Part shown: piece by piece, positions 37,749 to 52,030 of the stretch
Layout of the letters: every line of letters starts with the position of its first letter
Numbering within the stretch: the first letter of the stretch is position 1
Assembly: GCF_006345805.1 (NCBI RefSeq)
Contig: NC_043009.1
Span: 4,402,001 to 4,466,000 of the forward strand
Direction of reading: 5' to 3'
Source of the DNA: Octopus sinensis
Lineage: Eukaryota
Length of the DNA stretch: 64,000 nucleotides
Position numbers and translations under genes: made by a program
Notes under the pieces: model-generated
What the model was told of the DNA's origin: nothing
The model's database searches: none
What the model saw: the letters and a program-made list of their open reading frames with translations, nothing else

Positions 37749-38406
37749 CTATATTTAAAGAAAATTATATTGAAGTATATAGAATGTGTATGTTACGTAG
37801 TGAAGTCAATCTTTAGATAACTATCTTGCTTCGCTCTAGATCAGTCCCCAAATTTTTATATTGTTTATCGTTTATATTAACGTATGTGATATTACATTTT
37901 TTCCAAGACGGTAATTTGTAATATCAAGGAGCATTGGTTGCGATTTATAGTAGGTCGACTATAAAGCCCAGTCAATTAGAGGATTATTTTCCCCCCAGGA
38001 TTGCAGTGCAGTTTGGTATATCACTGATTCAGCATTGTCTAAATATAATCGACTAAGATTCCTTGAAGCTGAGCCTTCTATGGCTGCTGAGTAATCACTG
38101 AGACCAATAATGAATTAAAAGATTATATATATATGTGAGTGTATGTGTATGTGCGTGTGTGTGTGTGCGTGCGTTTGCGTGTGTGTGTGCCTATGTGTGT
38201 GTGGAAGGTGTATACAGAGACGTATATGTATCTATATATTGTTGTCTCGTTAGATATAATTTTCAATGATAAGTGGAGTTGCCTTTGTGTGCATTTGCTA
38301 TGCTAGATATCGCCTGGGGACAACTTTAGCATGTTTTCGTATTACCCGATAATTGACTGAAATGGAAGCTCCTCCAAATACTAAATTCCTATGCACATTC
38401 ACAAAC

Positions 38407-38459
<53 letters not shown>

Positions 38460-38699
38460 ATATATTTGTGTGTGTTTGTGCGTGTGTGTATTTATATATT
38501 TGTATAGACACATACATATATTTATATACATATGTGTATGTTTGTACGTATGTATGTATTTGTACTAAGTATGCTCGTAAGCATTATTATCGGTACAGCA
38601 CTGCTATAAACAATATCAATGGGACCTGAATAATAAAAATAAAGTAAATATTTAACAGAGTGTACAGTATTTCAGGCTCACGGCATTCCCTTACTCATA

Positions 38700-39200
38700 G
38701 TCTCATATCTTCATGTCTTTGGATACTTCTTGTTTGGGTCTGGATGCTGGAGCCTTCAATGTTTATGGTTCGCACTATTTTTCACTTCCCGTGTGCTGGC
38801 TTACGAATCAGATTTTCGAATACCTTCATATTATCTGGCATGATAACTCTGTTGAATTTGTAAAGAGTGAGCTTACTTTTCGTGGTGGCATTTAGAAATT
38901 AGTTCAGATTTTATATATATATCAGCGAAGATTAGGGATATTTCTTCGCTACAGAGATCAAAGAAATTTACCCTGAGCCTCTTTTTATTTGGTGAATAGA
39001 CCACACAGTGTCAAAGTTGTCCATTTGAATTATCGGATACCATTTCAAGTTCCATAATGTTTTGCTGCTACTTTAGTCTCAATATATGAAGTTCAATTTA
39101 TAGTCTATGCCCCAGCTCTAGAGGATTTCCTCGCTCATTCCAATATATGATCCGGTGGGGATGTATTTCACCTGGGATTGGAACGCGGCTTAATTCATTG
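38700..39200 (-). mobile_element. Decayed RTE-clade LINE reverse transcriptase fragment
   Basis: Broken minus-strand motifs: GIDYK..IY*D*..AA (cf. GID.KD..NLYWDQ.AA), QIKRG.R (cf. I.RGVRQG), FFDLCSEEI (cf. LFNLYSE.I); many stops and frameshifts. Confidence 0.5.
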
Positions 39201-39317
39201 GTGATTCAGATTGCATAAATTCTCCAAGAGAATAACTCGATTATGATCGAGTAAGAACCCTTGAAAGCTGTACCTCACCACAGCCGCAGTCTGAAGGCAA
39301 CAAAGGATTAAAAGATG

Positions 39318-39354
<37 letters not shown>

Positions 39355-39673
39355 CGAGCGTGTGTATGTTTACACATTTATACACGCGTGCATGCATTGA
39401 TAAATATAAATACGTGTGTCCGTGTATGTGTTTTTGTATATGCGCACATGTATAAAATATGTATAAAATACAATATATAATACAAGTATACTGAATACGA
39501 AAGAAATCCATCGTGCATGTACACGTGTGTGAAAATAAGACAATAAATATTTATAAACTACTTTATTACTCTGTGTATGGAGGGGAGTTTGGTGGGGGTT
39601 AAAAGAAAAGGAAAGACAGAAGGCAAAAAATATAATACTGGAAAGAAAAGCATGATTGAATGAACGAAAGGTC

Positions 39674-39706
<33 letters not shown>

Positions 39707-39877
39707 TGAAAGTAAAATCTAGAAAAGTAATAGAAAATACTATGTACATGTGTGCATACATTCATATGTAGGACTGTACATGCACATGTTCCCATGTTGC
39801 CGTTCGAGTATATTTAAGCGAGACCACACTCATACACACAACGCGCACGGATATGTGAACGCATCTCTCTCACTCTC

Positions 39878-39920
<43 letters not shown>

Positions 39921-40293
39921 CAAACTTAGATACGTTCAAAATCTCACATACACGTCATACAATAACGAAAATAAAATGCCAAATCCAACCAGAGTAGAAA
40001 AATTATTCCGCTGCCATTTTTTTTTTTACGATAAAGCACTGTAGTCAAGAAACATTATTACTTCCTTTTTTCTTTTTGTTTCTTCCCCTCTTTTCTTTTC
40101 ACTTACTTTGCAGATGCTGTATTTCTCCTTTTTCTTTTCTGTTCTTTTTCCCTTTTTTTTTCTTTTCCACTTTTTCTTTTTTTTTTTTGTTAATAACTTG
40201 CACGAATGATCTCGGAAAAATAAAAAAATAAAACTGAAATTTATCTTGTGATATCTGGAATAGATTACTAGTAAAGTAACACATTGGTTTCTC

Positions 40294-40360
<67 letters not shown>

Positions 40361-40369
40361 GTTTCTGTG

Positions 40370-40850
40370 GTGAGTTGGCAGAATCACACGAGCGTCAGCT
40401 AAATACTTTGCACAGTATGCATTCTGACTCTTCGTATTCAGTAGTCAAATCTCATCAAGGTCAGCTTGGCCTTTCATCAATCCAGAGTCGACGAATCAAA
40501 TTAACAGTCAGCCTCCGGGACTGAAGGTATTGACTAACACTAATTTAAGGCGGCGATCTGGCAGAATCGTTAGCACGCCGAGCGAAATGCTTAGCGGTAT
40601 TTCTTCTGCCGCTACGTTCTGAGTTCAAATTCCGCCGAAGACGACTTTGCCTTTCATCCTTTCGGGGTCGATTAAATAAGTACCAGTTACGCACTGGGGT
40701 CTATATAATCGACTTAATCCGTTTGTCTGTCCTTGTTTGTCCCCTCTGTGTTTGGCCCCTTGTGGGTAGTAAAGAAATAGGTATTGACTAACCCCCTCCC
40801 TTAAAACTGCTAGCTATATCCAGTAAAAAATATAAGAAATAAAAGGTAGG
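40370..40850 (+). mobile_element. Old SINE family B (tail type 2) interrupted by a younger family B insertion
   Basis: ggtgagttggcagaatc...agtcaaatctcatcaaggtcagcttggcctttcatc before the insertion and cccctcccttaaaact...aagaaat after it. Confidence 0.65.
40549..40778 (+). mobile_element. SINE family B (tail type 1), full length, young, with 14-bp TSD
   Basis: ggcggcgatctggcagaatcgttagc (A box), gagttcaaattcc (B box), central gactttgcctttcatcctttcggggtcgattaaataagtacc; aggtattgactaac duplicated at 40525-40538 and 40779-40792. Confidence 0.95.
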
Positions 40851-41028
40851 GCTTGAAATCTGCTGGTTTGGACAGAGTGGGGTTGGTGGTCGTGCTAAAT
40901 CGATTACAGAGAAAACAGTATTTGACTGTTACTTTATTTTATCGGCTCCGAAATTATGAAAAATAAAGTTGACTTTTGGAAACCGGAAGAAATGCCATTA
41001 AGTATTTTGTCCGGCGCGCTAACTCTTT
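40850..41028 (-). mobile_element. Old SINE family B fragment
   Basis: ttattttatcggctccgaaattatgaaaaataaagttgact and aagtattttgtccggcgcgctaac are diverged rc family B blocks. Confidence 0.55.
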
Positions 41029-41929
41029 TAAAAACGTCTTCGGTCGAGCTGCTTTCGCAGACTCCCATGAATCTCTGTCGCCATCAAATCTTATTATTAT
41101 GAACTTAAATTGGGATTTTGAGTCATAGTGAATCTTTCATTAGCTGATTACACAACCATGGACGCCGCCATTATATGTCCGTTGTAGTTACTGACTTTTT
41201 AGCGCTTGGTGATCCTGACCGCTGATATTCTAGGATTCCTCCGTTCAGTATGAATGTAAGAACCACCGTTGCCTCAGTTGAGCTTTGCAGCTACGTCCTC
41301 ACAATCCGCTATGCCTAAACTTATCCGATGACTAAACTTATCTGACAGAATACGCTGTTGTCTTGAAAGGTTTAGTAATTCCTTGCCGTATATTTCGCCT
41401 ATCTCAGAATAATGAGCAGCAGAAGACACAGGTGACATCTGCCATCAGAAGCTAATGGGATATAGCAAAATACGGCATTTGTTTGGATGAGTTTGATCTA
41501 TTACCGCTTGTGTTATATGCAATATGAATATAGATATTGACATTTTTGTTGCAACTAGAAATAAGCCAAATAGAATTACATAAACAGTTTCATATATTTT
41601 CATATATTTTCAAGCGATACGTATAAAGTTACATACATTCTCTGTCTTTCTCTAACCCTCTCTCTGTTTCACCCTTTCTACATTTCTCAAGTTCATGCTC
41701 TGTCTTTCGCGCTTATGCGCTTTTTTCACACAATACATACATAATGTATATGATATATATATATATATAATATATATAATCTTTATATTTGTATATATAT
41801 ACATAGGTGTATACATATATTTGAGTATATATGTAGGTATAATATATATATAAATATTCACATATATATATACACTCATACAATTTACACTGAACTGTTG
41901 ACCTAATATTTCGGACAATAGACCGTGAA

Positions 41930-42060
41930 GCCGCCATGATAATCGAATGTCGCCTGGAATCCATTGAATCTATAAAAAATATTGTTCCCAAAACAATTAA
42001 CAATGAAAATCTATGAACCAATGTCCTACCAACACTGTTGGCTTCGGGCTGATCTGTTCT
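41930..42060 (+). mobile_element. Possible decayed RTE-type RT C-terminal fragment
   Basis: The plus frame IECRLESIESIKNIVPKTINNENL*TN resembles the RTE motif ..WPxTISNExLWxRTN, with TGA in place of TGG. Confidence 0.35.
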
Positions 42061-42399
42061 GAATAGAATATTAAATCTGCTGTAAATAAAACACACAACC
42101 ATTGTATATTTTCATATTCTTATAATTCGAAATTGTCCTTCTTCCAGCACGTATATCATACTCTATCACTCCGCCATTCTCTATAGTGACACTTTTGGTT
42201 TTTTTCTTTCTTCCTATCTTTCTGAGTGTGCTTTAATACAATACTATACTTACTAAGCCGATATCCTATTTACAACAACAACAATAATAATAATCATGAT
42301 GATGATGATGATGATGATGATGATAATAATAATAATAAAAGCGGAATTGAAACAGATAGAAAAGGAAAATAAATGACAGAAAAAAATTACTCCATGGCC

Positions 42400-43150
42400 A
42401 GTATTCCACTAGCAATGATAGAGAGGAAGAAAACTAGAATGGAAGCCAACAATGGCTGAAAAGCTATTGGCTATAAACCGAAATAGAAGGCCATCTTTCC
42501 GCAGCACAGAACCAAGGCCTAACTACAAATAATTACAAAAGCAAAATCTTGAAAGAAGAAAAAGTAAATGCTATCATAATTGTAGTCTGTGCAGTCGTAA
42601 AGATTTGAGGTTGTCCAGTCCTTGTCAAACCACGATCGAGTCGATAGCTACGAACGCTGGGTAATACCCCAACCTCGCTACATGAAATTAGACATAATCA
42701 TCTTAATCACCTACCAAACGTGTTACAGCACACAACTATGCTTCAATCGTCTGCTACATGCCTTCATTGGCTTGGAAGAAACATCGAAGCAAACCATGCA
42801 GATATAATTATTAAAGACATGAATGATAATGCCTCATTGGTACAAAGGTATGGAAATGAGAACAACTTCAGAAAAAAATATATAAAATTCCCTATGACAC
42901 TACTGTAGAAAATTAATCTGGGACAAGCGAGTACATACATAGAATAAGAATAGATTTAACTGACAGATATGGTGGGAAAGTTGAGGAAACCTAGCTCATG
43001 TATACAACTTAATTTGGGTTGCACAAAGATGATAGCATCTAGGTAGAAAAGGGTGATAACTCTACAAATATAAAGATCTGATAACTGAAATAGCACTTAC
43101 ATGGAATACAGAATGTTCTCGGTCATTATCGAAGAGGAGTTGTGTTACAT
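42400..43150 (+). mobile_element. Decayed non-LTR retrotransposon 3' region with zinc knuckle and restriction-like endonuclease (R2/R4/NeSL-type)
   Basis: Ordered broken motifs CSLC (~42583), CLHW (~42755), HWYK (~42834), WDKRVHT (~42919), TDMV (cf. PDIV) and KYKDLITEIALTW (~43066), matching CxxC..HW..WY..WD..TD..PDI..KYxDL.EI..W. Confidence 0.6.
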
Positions 43151-43639
43151 AATACAGAAAAATGTATCTAAAATGTGCATGATCGTTTTCTGATTTTTGA
43201 AGCTACGAAAACAACTTAGTGTACCTTAGGTGTGTCAATATTCGGTGTTAAATACTACTTAATTATTTTTTAGTGAAGAAAGTATTATGACAAAATCAGA
43301 TATATGTTAGAGATGCAGCAATATTTCTGGTAGTGTTCCGTTATTCTTAACAGCATAATAATATGGATGCAAACAAAATTTATTCCCCCCTCCCCTTTTT
43401 TTTTTCTCTGGCATGCTCGGTGTTAACATATTGAAAATACGATTGATGAAAATATTTCTAGTGCCATGTTTTAGCCAAATGGAAGTACGTCTTCACACTT
43501 GTCAAAGTTGAAAGATTGTCTTTTAGAAAGTAGAACTTAAATCAGCATCAGAAAGTAACGACAGAAATGAGGTAGTAAAGAAAAACTCTCGCGTGTCACA
43601 GCAATACATACTTATGCACCGTTACACACACACACACAC

Positions 43640-43685
43640 AATGTATATATATATACACATACATACTATATATATATATATACAT

Positions 43686-43719
<34 letters not shown>

Positions 43720-43723
43720 TATA

Positions 43724-43757
<34 letters not shown>

Positions 43758-43764
43758 ATATTTT

Positions 43765-43795
<31 letters not shown>

Positions 43796-43960
43796 TAATA
43801 TATATATATATATGCATATATAATATATATATATATATATTTTATATATATATATATATTTTATATATATATATATATATTATATATATATATATATATA
43901 TATCTATATATATATATATATATATGCATATATATATATATATAATGTATATACATACAT
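43640..43960. repeat. Long interrupted (AT)n array
   Basis: About 320 nt. Confidence 0.9.
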
Positions 43961-44509
43961 ATGTAATATTCTTGATCAATACAAGTGAAAGTACCAAGTA
44001 AAAGATTATTGGATTGGATTGGTTGGTCATCAATTGTTATTTCACTCATAATTATATGTTTCAGGACTGAACACCATGTTCTATGTTGCATCTTTCTTTT
44101 CAGCTAAAAGTATGAGACATTCATCACATTTTGTGGGTGGTATAAAGAATCGATAGATATCAGCAACCATTGAAGACATATTTTGTCCGCTTAGAGTCAA
44201 GAAATTTACTATTAATCACACATAACTCGGTCAAAAATTAGACAAGCAAATCTATGACGTCGATGCATATAACCGTCAAAGAATCAATAAATTGGTTAAG
44301 ACTAAGATATATTTCCCCTTTTTCAAATCTTATGATCAAAAAGCATATATTTTCCTGGGGTTTACGTATAAATAATCCGAGCCAAATGCGGTGCATCCTA
44401 TGTAGGCTCATCAAGATAGCTGGCAAATTGTCTTGAGATTATATCATGCGATCAAGGCAATGTAATCTTAGATGCAAAAATATACCTAGATTCTGTGGAG
44501 TGTTTATGG

Positions 44510-44572
44510 CTGAAAAGCCTGCATCTTAGGTCTGCTTAGTCAGGGCCGACATGGAGCTAACAAGAACAACAC
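44510..44572 (+). mobile_element. 3' fragment of repeat family D
   Basis: Aligns to the rc of 12128-12190; ends in a caa-type tail. Confidence 0.45.
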
Positions 44573-44974
44573 AGAGTATATCCCCCAACAAAAACATACA
44601 GCAAAATTGCAACCTCTTATGCCAATCTGTCTAACGTATGACAAATTTACTGACTTAGTGCTATCTCTTTGACTTCGTTCTCCATCATTTCAGATAATAT
44701 CTTGTGCTTATATTCTCACTATATTTCATTTACGTTAAGAAATCATGTTTTCCCTATAATAATAATAATAATAATAATAATAATGTTCATCTTCTGATTT
44801 GTATTGATGCAGTGTGTTCCTGTTTTCTACCTTACGGTCTATTTCCATCTCATCTGCAGTGTAGTTTTTGTCTTACAACGAGATTGATGTTTGCATACGA
44901 TATTCGAAGTGGAATTTCTGTAGGGATAAAATATAGGAGGCAGGTGTATTTAATTCTCTGCCATAATGGCAGCA

Positions 44975-45060
<86 letters not shown>

Positions 45061-45584
45061 TGTATTCTAGGCTAGTGTGAGTGTATCAGCGTGTTTTATG
45101 GCAAATTTCCATGTCGCCACTTGCCCTACACGAAAATTATAACGTAGTTAATAATAGAATGTTAAATGGACAAAATTTTTCGAATGATTCTAAAATTAAA
45201 AGAAAATCTAAAAAAAAAAATAACAAAGAAATCTATAAAAAAAAAATTAACAAAGAAATATATGCCTGTGTATGTATAGGGTAAAAATGAATTCTGTGTA
45301 GCGGTTTATTTTCATAACAAACACTTCTATACATATGTCACTTGACTAACCATCTCTCTACGAATTACATATCCCGAAATATTTGCCACTCTTTCAGTCG
45401 TGTTAACACAGGCATTTTTCATCACGTTGGTTTCAGCATATTTGGTGTAGCTTTCAGTAACGAAATCTCAACCGGGTTCTACTATAAACATGTTTTTTTA
45501 AAAGAATACATGTGAAATCTTAATTGCTGAAAATCTAAACCGTACAGTCAGCACCTGGTAAATTGCGTTACGGTGTTGTATTCT

Positions 45585-45732
<148 letters not shown>

Positions 45733-45959
45733 CAAGCTGCCTGCCTGTCTGTCTGTTTATCACACGCACTACCACAAGAAGGTATTTATCATTCTCTCCA
45801 CAGCTAAGTGTTCGTATATTAGTGAAGGTTAATTTGTGTAAATGCACACACACATTGACTCATTCAGACATTCACACCGATGCAGTCACGTATATGTGTG
45901 TGTATATGTGTATGTGCGTGTGTGTGTGTGGGGGGTTACGAATGCTTTTAAAAGTATAA

Positions 45960-46060
45960 AGACGATGTAAAGAGGAAAAAGCAAAGTGTATTAGATTCAA
46001 GCTGAGGAAAATTCGAAGAAATCTCTAATGTTTCGAGCCTACGCTCTTTTTCGGAAAAGA
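45960..46060 (-). mobile_element. Family P repeat, diverged copy
   Basis: rc tcttttccgaaaaagagcgtaggctcgaaacattagagatttc. Confidence 0.6.
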
Positions 46061-47107
46061 AAGATGGGGAGGGAGAAAAATAAGGAGAAATGAACAAGTG
46101 GGTTTCAATTATAAGGTCACCGCCTGCTGAAATGTCCGGAAGATGGAAAATCGGTACTCCAAGAGTAAGCGTTTGGAGAATTCCACGATTTCAGCTCTAG
46201 TTAAACCTGAACTTTAATCAATATATTAAAATTATATCAATCTTGTATTCAGTTCTCTTTTACTTTGTTCGTTATTTCACTATGTATGTGAATTCGTTTA
46301 ATATATCGGAAGAAACCATAACTTTTTCTTCGCATCTCACTCTATGTCTCTCTCTGTATTTGGTGTGTGTATGGGTGTATAGCTAGGTAGGTGCATTTCT
46401 CTTACAGATAGGTCATTTAATATTTAAATTTATTTCAGTTCTGATTTAAGAGCCGTCAAAAAGCAAAACAAAAATATGCAAATGCTGTTGAATGTATTAC
46501 TGCGTTATATAACAGCTGAACAGCTTATGATTCTCATTGGGGAAGAAAAATTGGTGTGTCTTTTTCAGGAAGCCAACAGGCCTTTTTTGATTTTATGCTG
46601 TTTTTTTCTGGTATGACAAATGGACAGAAAAGAAATGTGTTATATCCTTATATTTCTCTCCATAACTAAACCTCCTAATATTTAATTAAATTTATTTCAA
46701 TCTTCCTTATTCAAGCTGCTCACTGCACAGTATATACATGCAGACAAGCATAGATAGTCATATTAAGTGAGAACTGGGTAGACACCCCCCAACACACACA
46801 GAGCTATATATGGGTGGGTAGGGAGATAAGTTGCTTGAATGATTACCATATATATCGGCTGGTTTGGTATATGATTAAAGAGAGAGTGATTCTGCATGAA
46901 TTAAAGAAAAGAATTAACCACAATTTTATTAGAGTAGCTTCCTGAATAAGTACAGAGACAGAGAGAGAGGAGGGATAGAATGAGACGAACTCAAATAGAC
47001 ACATAGACAAGAGAGGTGTCCTACGTAGTGCGTCATCTCAATACACACCACACCATATAGTTAATCAGAGTGAATTTGATATTTCTAATTTACTGTTTTT
47101 TTACCCT

Positions 47108-47389
47108 TTTTTACTTGTTTCAGTCATTTGACTGCTGCCACGCTGGAGCACACCCCATCGATTGTCCAGCGATGCTGGAGGGGGGACAAACACAGACACA
47201 CAAACATATACACACACATATACATATATACATATATACGACGGGCTTCTTTCAGTTTCTGTCTACCAAATCCACTCACAAAGCTTTGGTCGGACCGAAG
47301 CTATAGTAGAAGACATTTGCCCAGTGGGAATGAACTCGGAACCATGTGGTTGGTAAGCAAGCTACTTACCACACAGCCACTCCTGCGCC
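47108..47389 (-). mobile_element. SINE family A with internal deletion of most of the right half
   Basis: The tail joins directly (ggagcac|accccatcgattgtc) to the start of the right half; the head is intact apart from a small deletion. Confidence 0.9.
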
Positions 47390-48289
47390 TAAAAAAGAGT
47401 TGCGACAACAAAGAGAATAATTTTAAAATTATTCTCAATGTTAGGCTTATTTTATTTGCTGAGATAATTCTTTATATATGCGGTGTGCTATAATTTGTTC
47501 GTTAAACTTGATTCATTAAACACATCTTTTTGATTTCTAGAAAAGCAGTTGCTTTTTGAATCGAGGGAATATAGACATTCTTACTGTGTGTTGTTATCAT
47601 CGTCATCGTTTTCGTTTAGATACATCATGAGGCATCCTGTCCATGCTTTTCTTGGCTATTGTTGTCTTTCCAGAAATAGTGTTCACTGAGATCAATTCAA
47701 CGGCGTGTTGTCGTGTTTAAGACGGCATTCCAAGCTGAAATTTATGCAGCGATATATTAGGGATGACAGTACATTATAAAACATATGGTTCATAGTACAG
47801 GAAAATGGTGCCTAATCTGGAGAAATAGAGGACAGAATCAGAATCAGGACAATTTTTTCACCCAGAAACAAGTCTTTCTTAACTTGTACTTTTTTTAAAC
47901 CTGAAATTTGTTGCGCAGTGTATGTTGAAGTGTGTTCCAATGGCGGACATCGCAGGCATACTATAGACGTCTTCTTTTCATAAATATATCTGTTTCTGAA
48001 CGTAAATGATTTTTTGGTTTGATTGAGGGAAAACGAAGACTAAATAAAATAAACAATACAGCAGAGGAAATAGTAAATACAAGTCACATAAATGAATATC
48101 TGATAGTTGCATGATTTCAATGAAACGAAATACCAGTTAATATAAGATGGCAAAATTATAAGAACAAAAAACAAAAGCAGAAACATATAGAAGTTTTTTT
48201 AATTTTTTTCAACTGGGTAATGGCTAGAATTGTATTTCAGTTTATTCACACACAGGCGTTCGTACGCACACGTGTGTGTGTATATATTC

Positions 48290-48300
48290 GTATTTATATG

Positions 48301-48357
<57 letters not shown>

Positions 48358-48392
48358 GTTTATATATATATATATATATATGTTTATATATA

Positions 48393-48426
<34 letters not shown>

Positions 48427-48441
48427 AATATATATCTATAT

Positions 48442-48479
<38 letters not shown>

Positions 48480-48562
48480 CAAATTGGACCCATTTGTGTA
48501 TCACCTAGTTGTCCGGATGTTTTGCGTTCTTGTCCCATTTTGTACTGTATATATATATATAT

Positions 48563-48641
<79 letters not shown>

Positions 48642-48675
48642 ATTAATATAGCGGCGTACGTACACTTTGTTTTCT

Positions 48676-48722
<47 letters not shown>
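48290..48722. repeat. Long (AT)n arrays enclosing a short unique island (48475-48548)
   Basis: Visible arrays. Confidence 0.9.
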
Positions 48723-48724
<2 letters not shown>

Positions 48725-49606
48725 GTAAGTATGTATGTATATATAAGTATGATTTATATGTAAGTATGCATGTTATATATGTATATATGGAATTATATGT
48801 GCTTACATGCATATATATATGTGTGTGTGTGTCTATGTGTGTGTCTCTGAGTCTGTTTATGTGTGTGCGATATGCGTACGTATATGCACGAGTTTATGCA
48901 TGCGTGCATATATAAAGAGTTATATGCTTACATAAATATGCGCACATTTAAATCAACACACATGCGCATACGGGCACACGCTTACACATACACACACGCT
49001 TACACATACACACACGCTCACTGTCTTCATATTGCAATTATTTTCGAGTAGGATTTCTGATTACAAACGAGACCATTATAATTGTAATATAAATATAACC
49101 ACACATTAGTTTCGTAGTTTTCTGCCATTGACGTCACCGACGTCCCTCAGTAGTTCAAACTGTCTGTTAAAATGATTAAAATAGCCAACGTTAATATTAA
49201 AATAGTCTTTTGTTCTGAGAAATGTCAATGTAAATCATAAGAAAATACTTTGTAGACAGAAAGCTTTGATGAATGAATTGTATAAGATGTTGAATGGGAA
49301 GTGACACAGAAACGGTTAAAAAGACAATAGTACGATTGTAATCGGTAACTTGGTATTATAGAGACTTATGCAAATACATGCATATGGGTGTTTAAGAAAA
49401 TATATTATGATATATACGGACGTACGTATATTTACAGCGCTAATTAAATATGGCACAGAAACGCACAAGCAGGGACTTCCAGACTCACACACACTCACAC
49501 ACACACAGACAAACACACACGCCCACTCTCAATTATATATACATATTATGTTTGTATTTGTAGTATATGTGTGTGTATGTGTTTGCGTGTATAATCGCGT
49601 ATATAT

Positions 49607-49843
49607 TCTTTTACTTGTTTCAGTCATTTGATTAACGACCATGCTGGAGCACCGCCTTTAGTCGAACAAATCGATAACCAGGACTTATTCTTCGTAAGCC
49701 TAGTACTAATTCTATCTGTGTCTATTTGCCGAACCGCTAAGTTACAGGGATGTAAACACACCAACATCGGTTGTCAAACGATGATTGGGAGTGGGGCAAA
49801 CAGACACACATACACATATACATACATACATATATACATACAT

Positions 49844-49888
<45 letters not shown>

Positions 49889-50048
49889 ATATATATATAA
49901 TATATATATATATATATACGACGGACTACTTTCACTTTCCGTCTATCACATCCACTCACAAGGCTGCGTTCGGTCTGAGGCCACGCAGTGGGACTGAACT
50001 CGGGACCATGTAGTTAGGAAGCAAGCTTCTTAACTCACTGCCACTCAT
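49607..50048 (-). mobile_element. SINE family A with a small deletion in the CORE-like block
   Basis: rc family A; ggtctgaggc joins cacgcagtgggactgaac, skipping tatagtagaagacacttgcccaag. Confidence 0.88.
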
Positions 50049-50094
50049 ATATGTATTATATATATATCATACAAATTATATATATATATATAAT

Positions 50095-50166
50095 CGGCAA
50101 ATAGGCACACCTAGAATTAGTACTAGGCTTACAAAGAATTAGTCCTGGTTATCGATTTGCTCGACT
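50095..50166 (+). mobile_element. SINE family A internal fragment
   Basis: tagtactaggcttacaaagaattagtcctggttatcgatttgctcgacta. Confidence 0.75.
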
Positions 50167-51301
50167 ATATAGAACACTAAGGTAGTCAGAATATTGGATG
50201 CTTATATATATATATATGATTCTTCTATAAGAATAGTGTTGATAATGACTTCGAAATGGTTCCCAGTTAACCTTCATCGAACAACCCCATAGACCGATAC
50301 TCCGAATTCCCTCTCGACACTATTCTAGTCAATGAATAATAGGTATGTACTCTGCACAAAACATTCTGTAATGCTTCAGTTTTATGTAAAATTTTCATTA
50401 GTACCTGTCACGAAAACAAACATTATATGTATGTATGTGTGTTTGAATATATATATATATGTGTGAGTGTGTGTGTGTATATATACAAACACACACACTC
50501 TGAAATACATAAATCAATGTATTGAAGCATGATTATTTTATATGTTGGTTGGTGAATTCTGCTGTAGAAATATGGCTCTAAATTCTGGTTTCAAATAATA
50601 TTTTTTTCCTCCTGTTTCTAGAGAAATATAAAGGAGAGCATATCTTTATGCGCATCTTGACAGTTGTAAAAGTATATCTCTAACTCAATAAAGAATATTG
50701 ATCTATAGAGAATTACCTTGAATTCTTTGATTTATCTATTCTCCAGCCAGTTGTTTCTGACTTTGCAACAAAGGCTAAGTTATCTGCCCTTATCTGTTGC
50801 AACTCTACCAAAGTGAATTTTTGTCTTCCTTTCTCTATATTCAGTCATTTATTGATTCGGTTTGAAATCATTCTATCCCGGCTTCTTCTTATTTCTTTCA
50901 CTTTCATTCTGACACTTGCACTTTCTTAGATTGTTCTTCACATTATCCTTCTTTCTATTTCTCACACTCTCCTCTCTCTCTCTCTCTCTTTCTCTCACTG
51001 TTACTCTTTTTTTCCATGGTACACTCTCCATATCTTAATGACCTTTCCACTCATTCTCTTTCTTTCTGGCTCTCACAACTACCTCTATGTTTATTTCTAT
51101 CTGTCTCCTCCACCGATCTCCATTGCTTTCAAATTCCATAGATTTACTGGAATACAGAGAATTATTATGAATAGGCAAAGATTACTGATTTGATATGAAA
51201 ATAGATAATCCGTAAGACATTTTCTAGATCGATATTAACCATATACATACATACATTCATACATACATTCTTACACACACACGCACTTATATGTGTGTAT
51301 G

Positions 51302-51409
<108 letters not shown>

Positions 51410-51779
51410 TGTGTATGCGTGTCTGTGTCATGTATCTATCTATATAAGTAAAATACCTAAAAATATACGTATGTAGTCAAATGTAAAATAGATATTAATG
51501 TGTAGCAACCTTAGATCATATATCTTCACAATCCTCCATTATCTCCATCTCTGGAGTAGCCACACATGCATACATACATGTGCTGTGTCTCAAAAACCTT
51601 TACCCATGGTAAGGAGAGGCCAAATGTGACTTCTACTTCTTCCAACGATGTTATTGCTGTTTTTCTTTAACCCTAGATCACTCATGATTTATTCTCGGAT
51701 TCATTTCAGCCGCAAAGATACTGTTTTCATATTGTTATTTCTTATTTACTTATTTTTAGGCATAGTGCACCTAGGAATA

Positions 51780-52030
51780 TATTATCGAAACAGACGTGCT
51801 GTCTCTTCTTCCTACTTATATTATCATGACTATAACTGCTTCAGCTACTTGCATACTGTTTTCAAGGAGACTCACTCGATATACCTGTAACTACTCCTCT
51901 ATCTACCCCTTATATCTCCCCACCGCCTTTAACATCTTTCTTTCATTCCGTTTTCCTGAGAAAGCCAGCCAGCTGCAATTCCATCTACAGATTCACTGCA
52001 GACATGGGCTTTCATATATTCAGGTTAAAA
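51780..52030 (+). mobile_element. Possible decayed RTE RT fragment
   Basis: Weak echoes of RT motifs: IETDVL..PTYIIMT (cf. AGVLQGDTLAPYLFIIV), FNIFLSF..EKASQL (cf. DDIALLS...AQ.L), ADMGFH..K (cf. GL.IN.KT). Confidence 0.3.

Noticed and set aside
41041-41520. Microsatellite-free stretch resembling a decayed LINE
   Set aside because: Only faint similarity (..PVSS..) and no ordered motif series; left unannotated.
41889-42079. Open 191-nt minus-strand frame between AG and GT (RFNILFRTDQPEANS...MAASRSIVRNIRSTVQ), and a GCCGCCATG Kozak on the plus strand
   Set aside because: The donor is weak, no protein is recognisable, and the plus strand is better explained as a decayed RTE fragment (PKTINNENL*TN). 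The Kozak ORF stops after 26 codons. Not fully excluded without RNA-seq.
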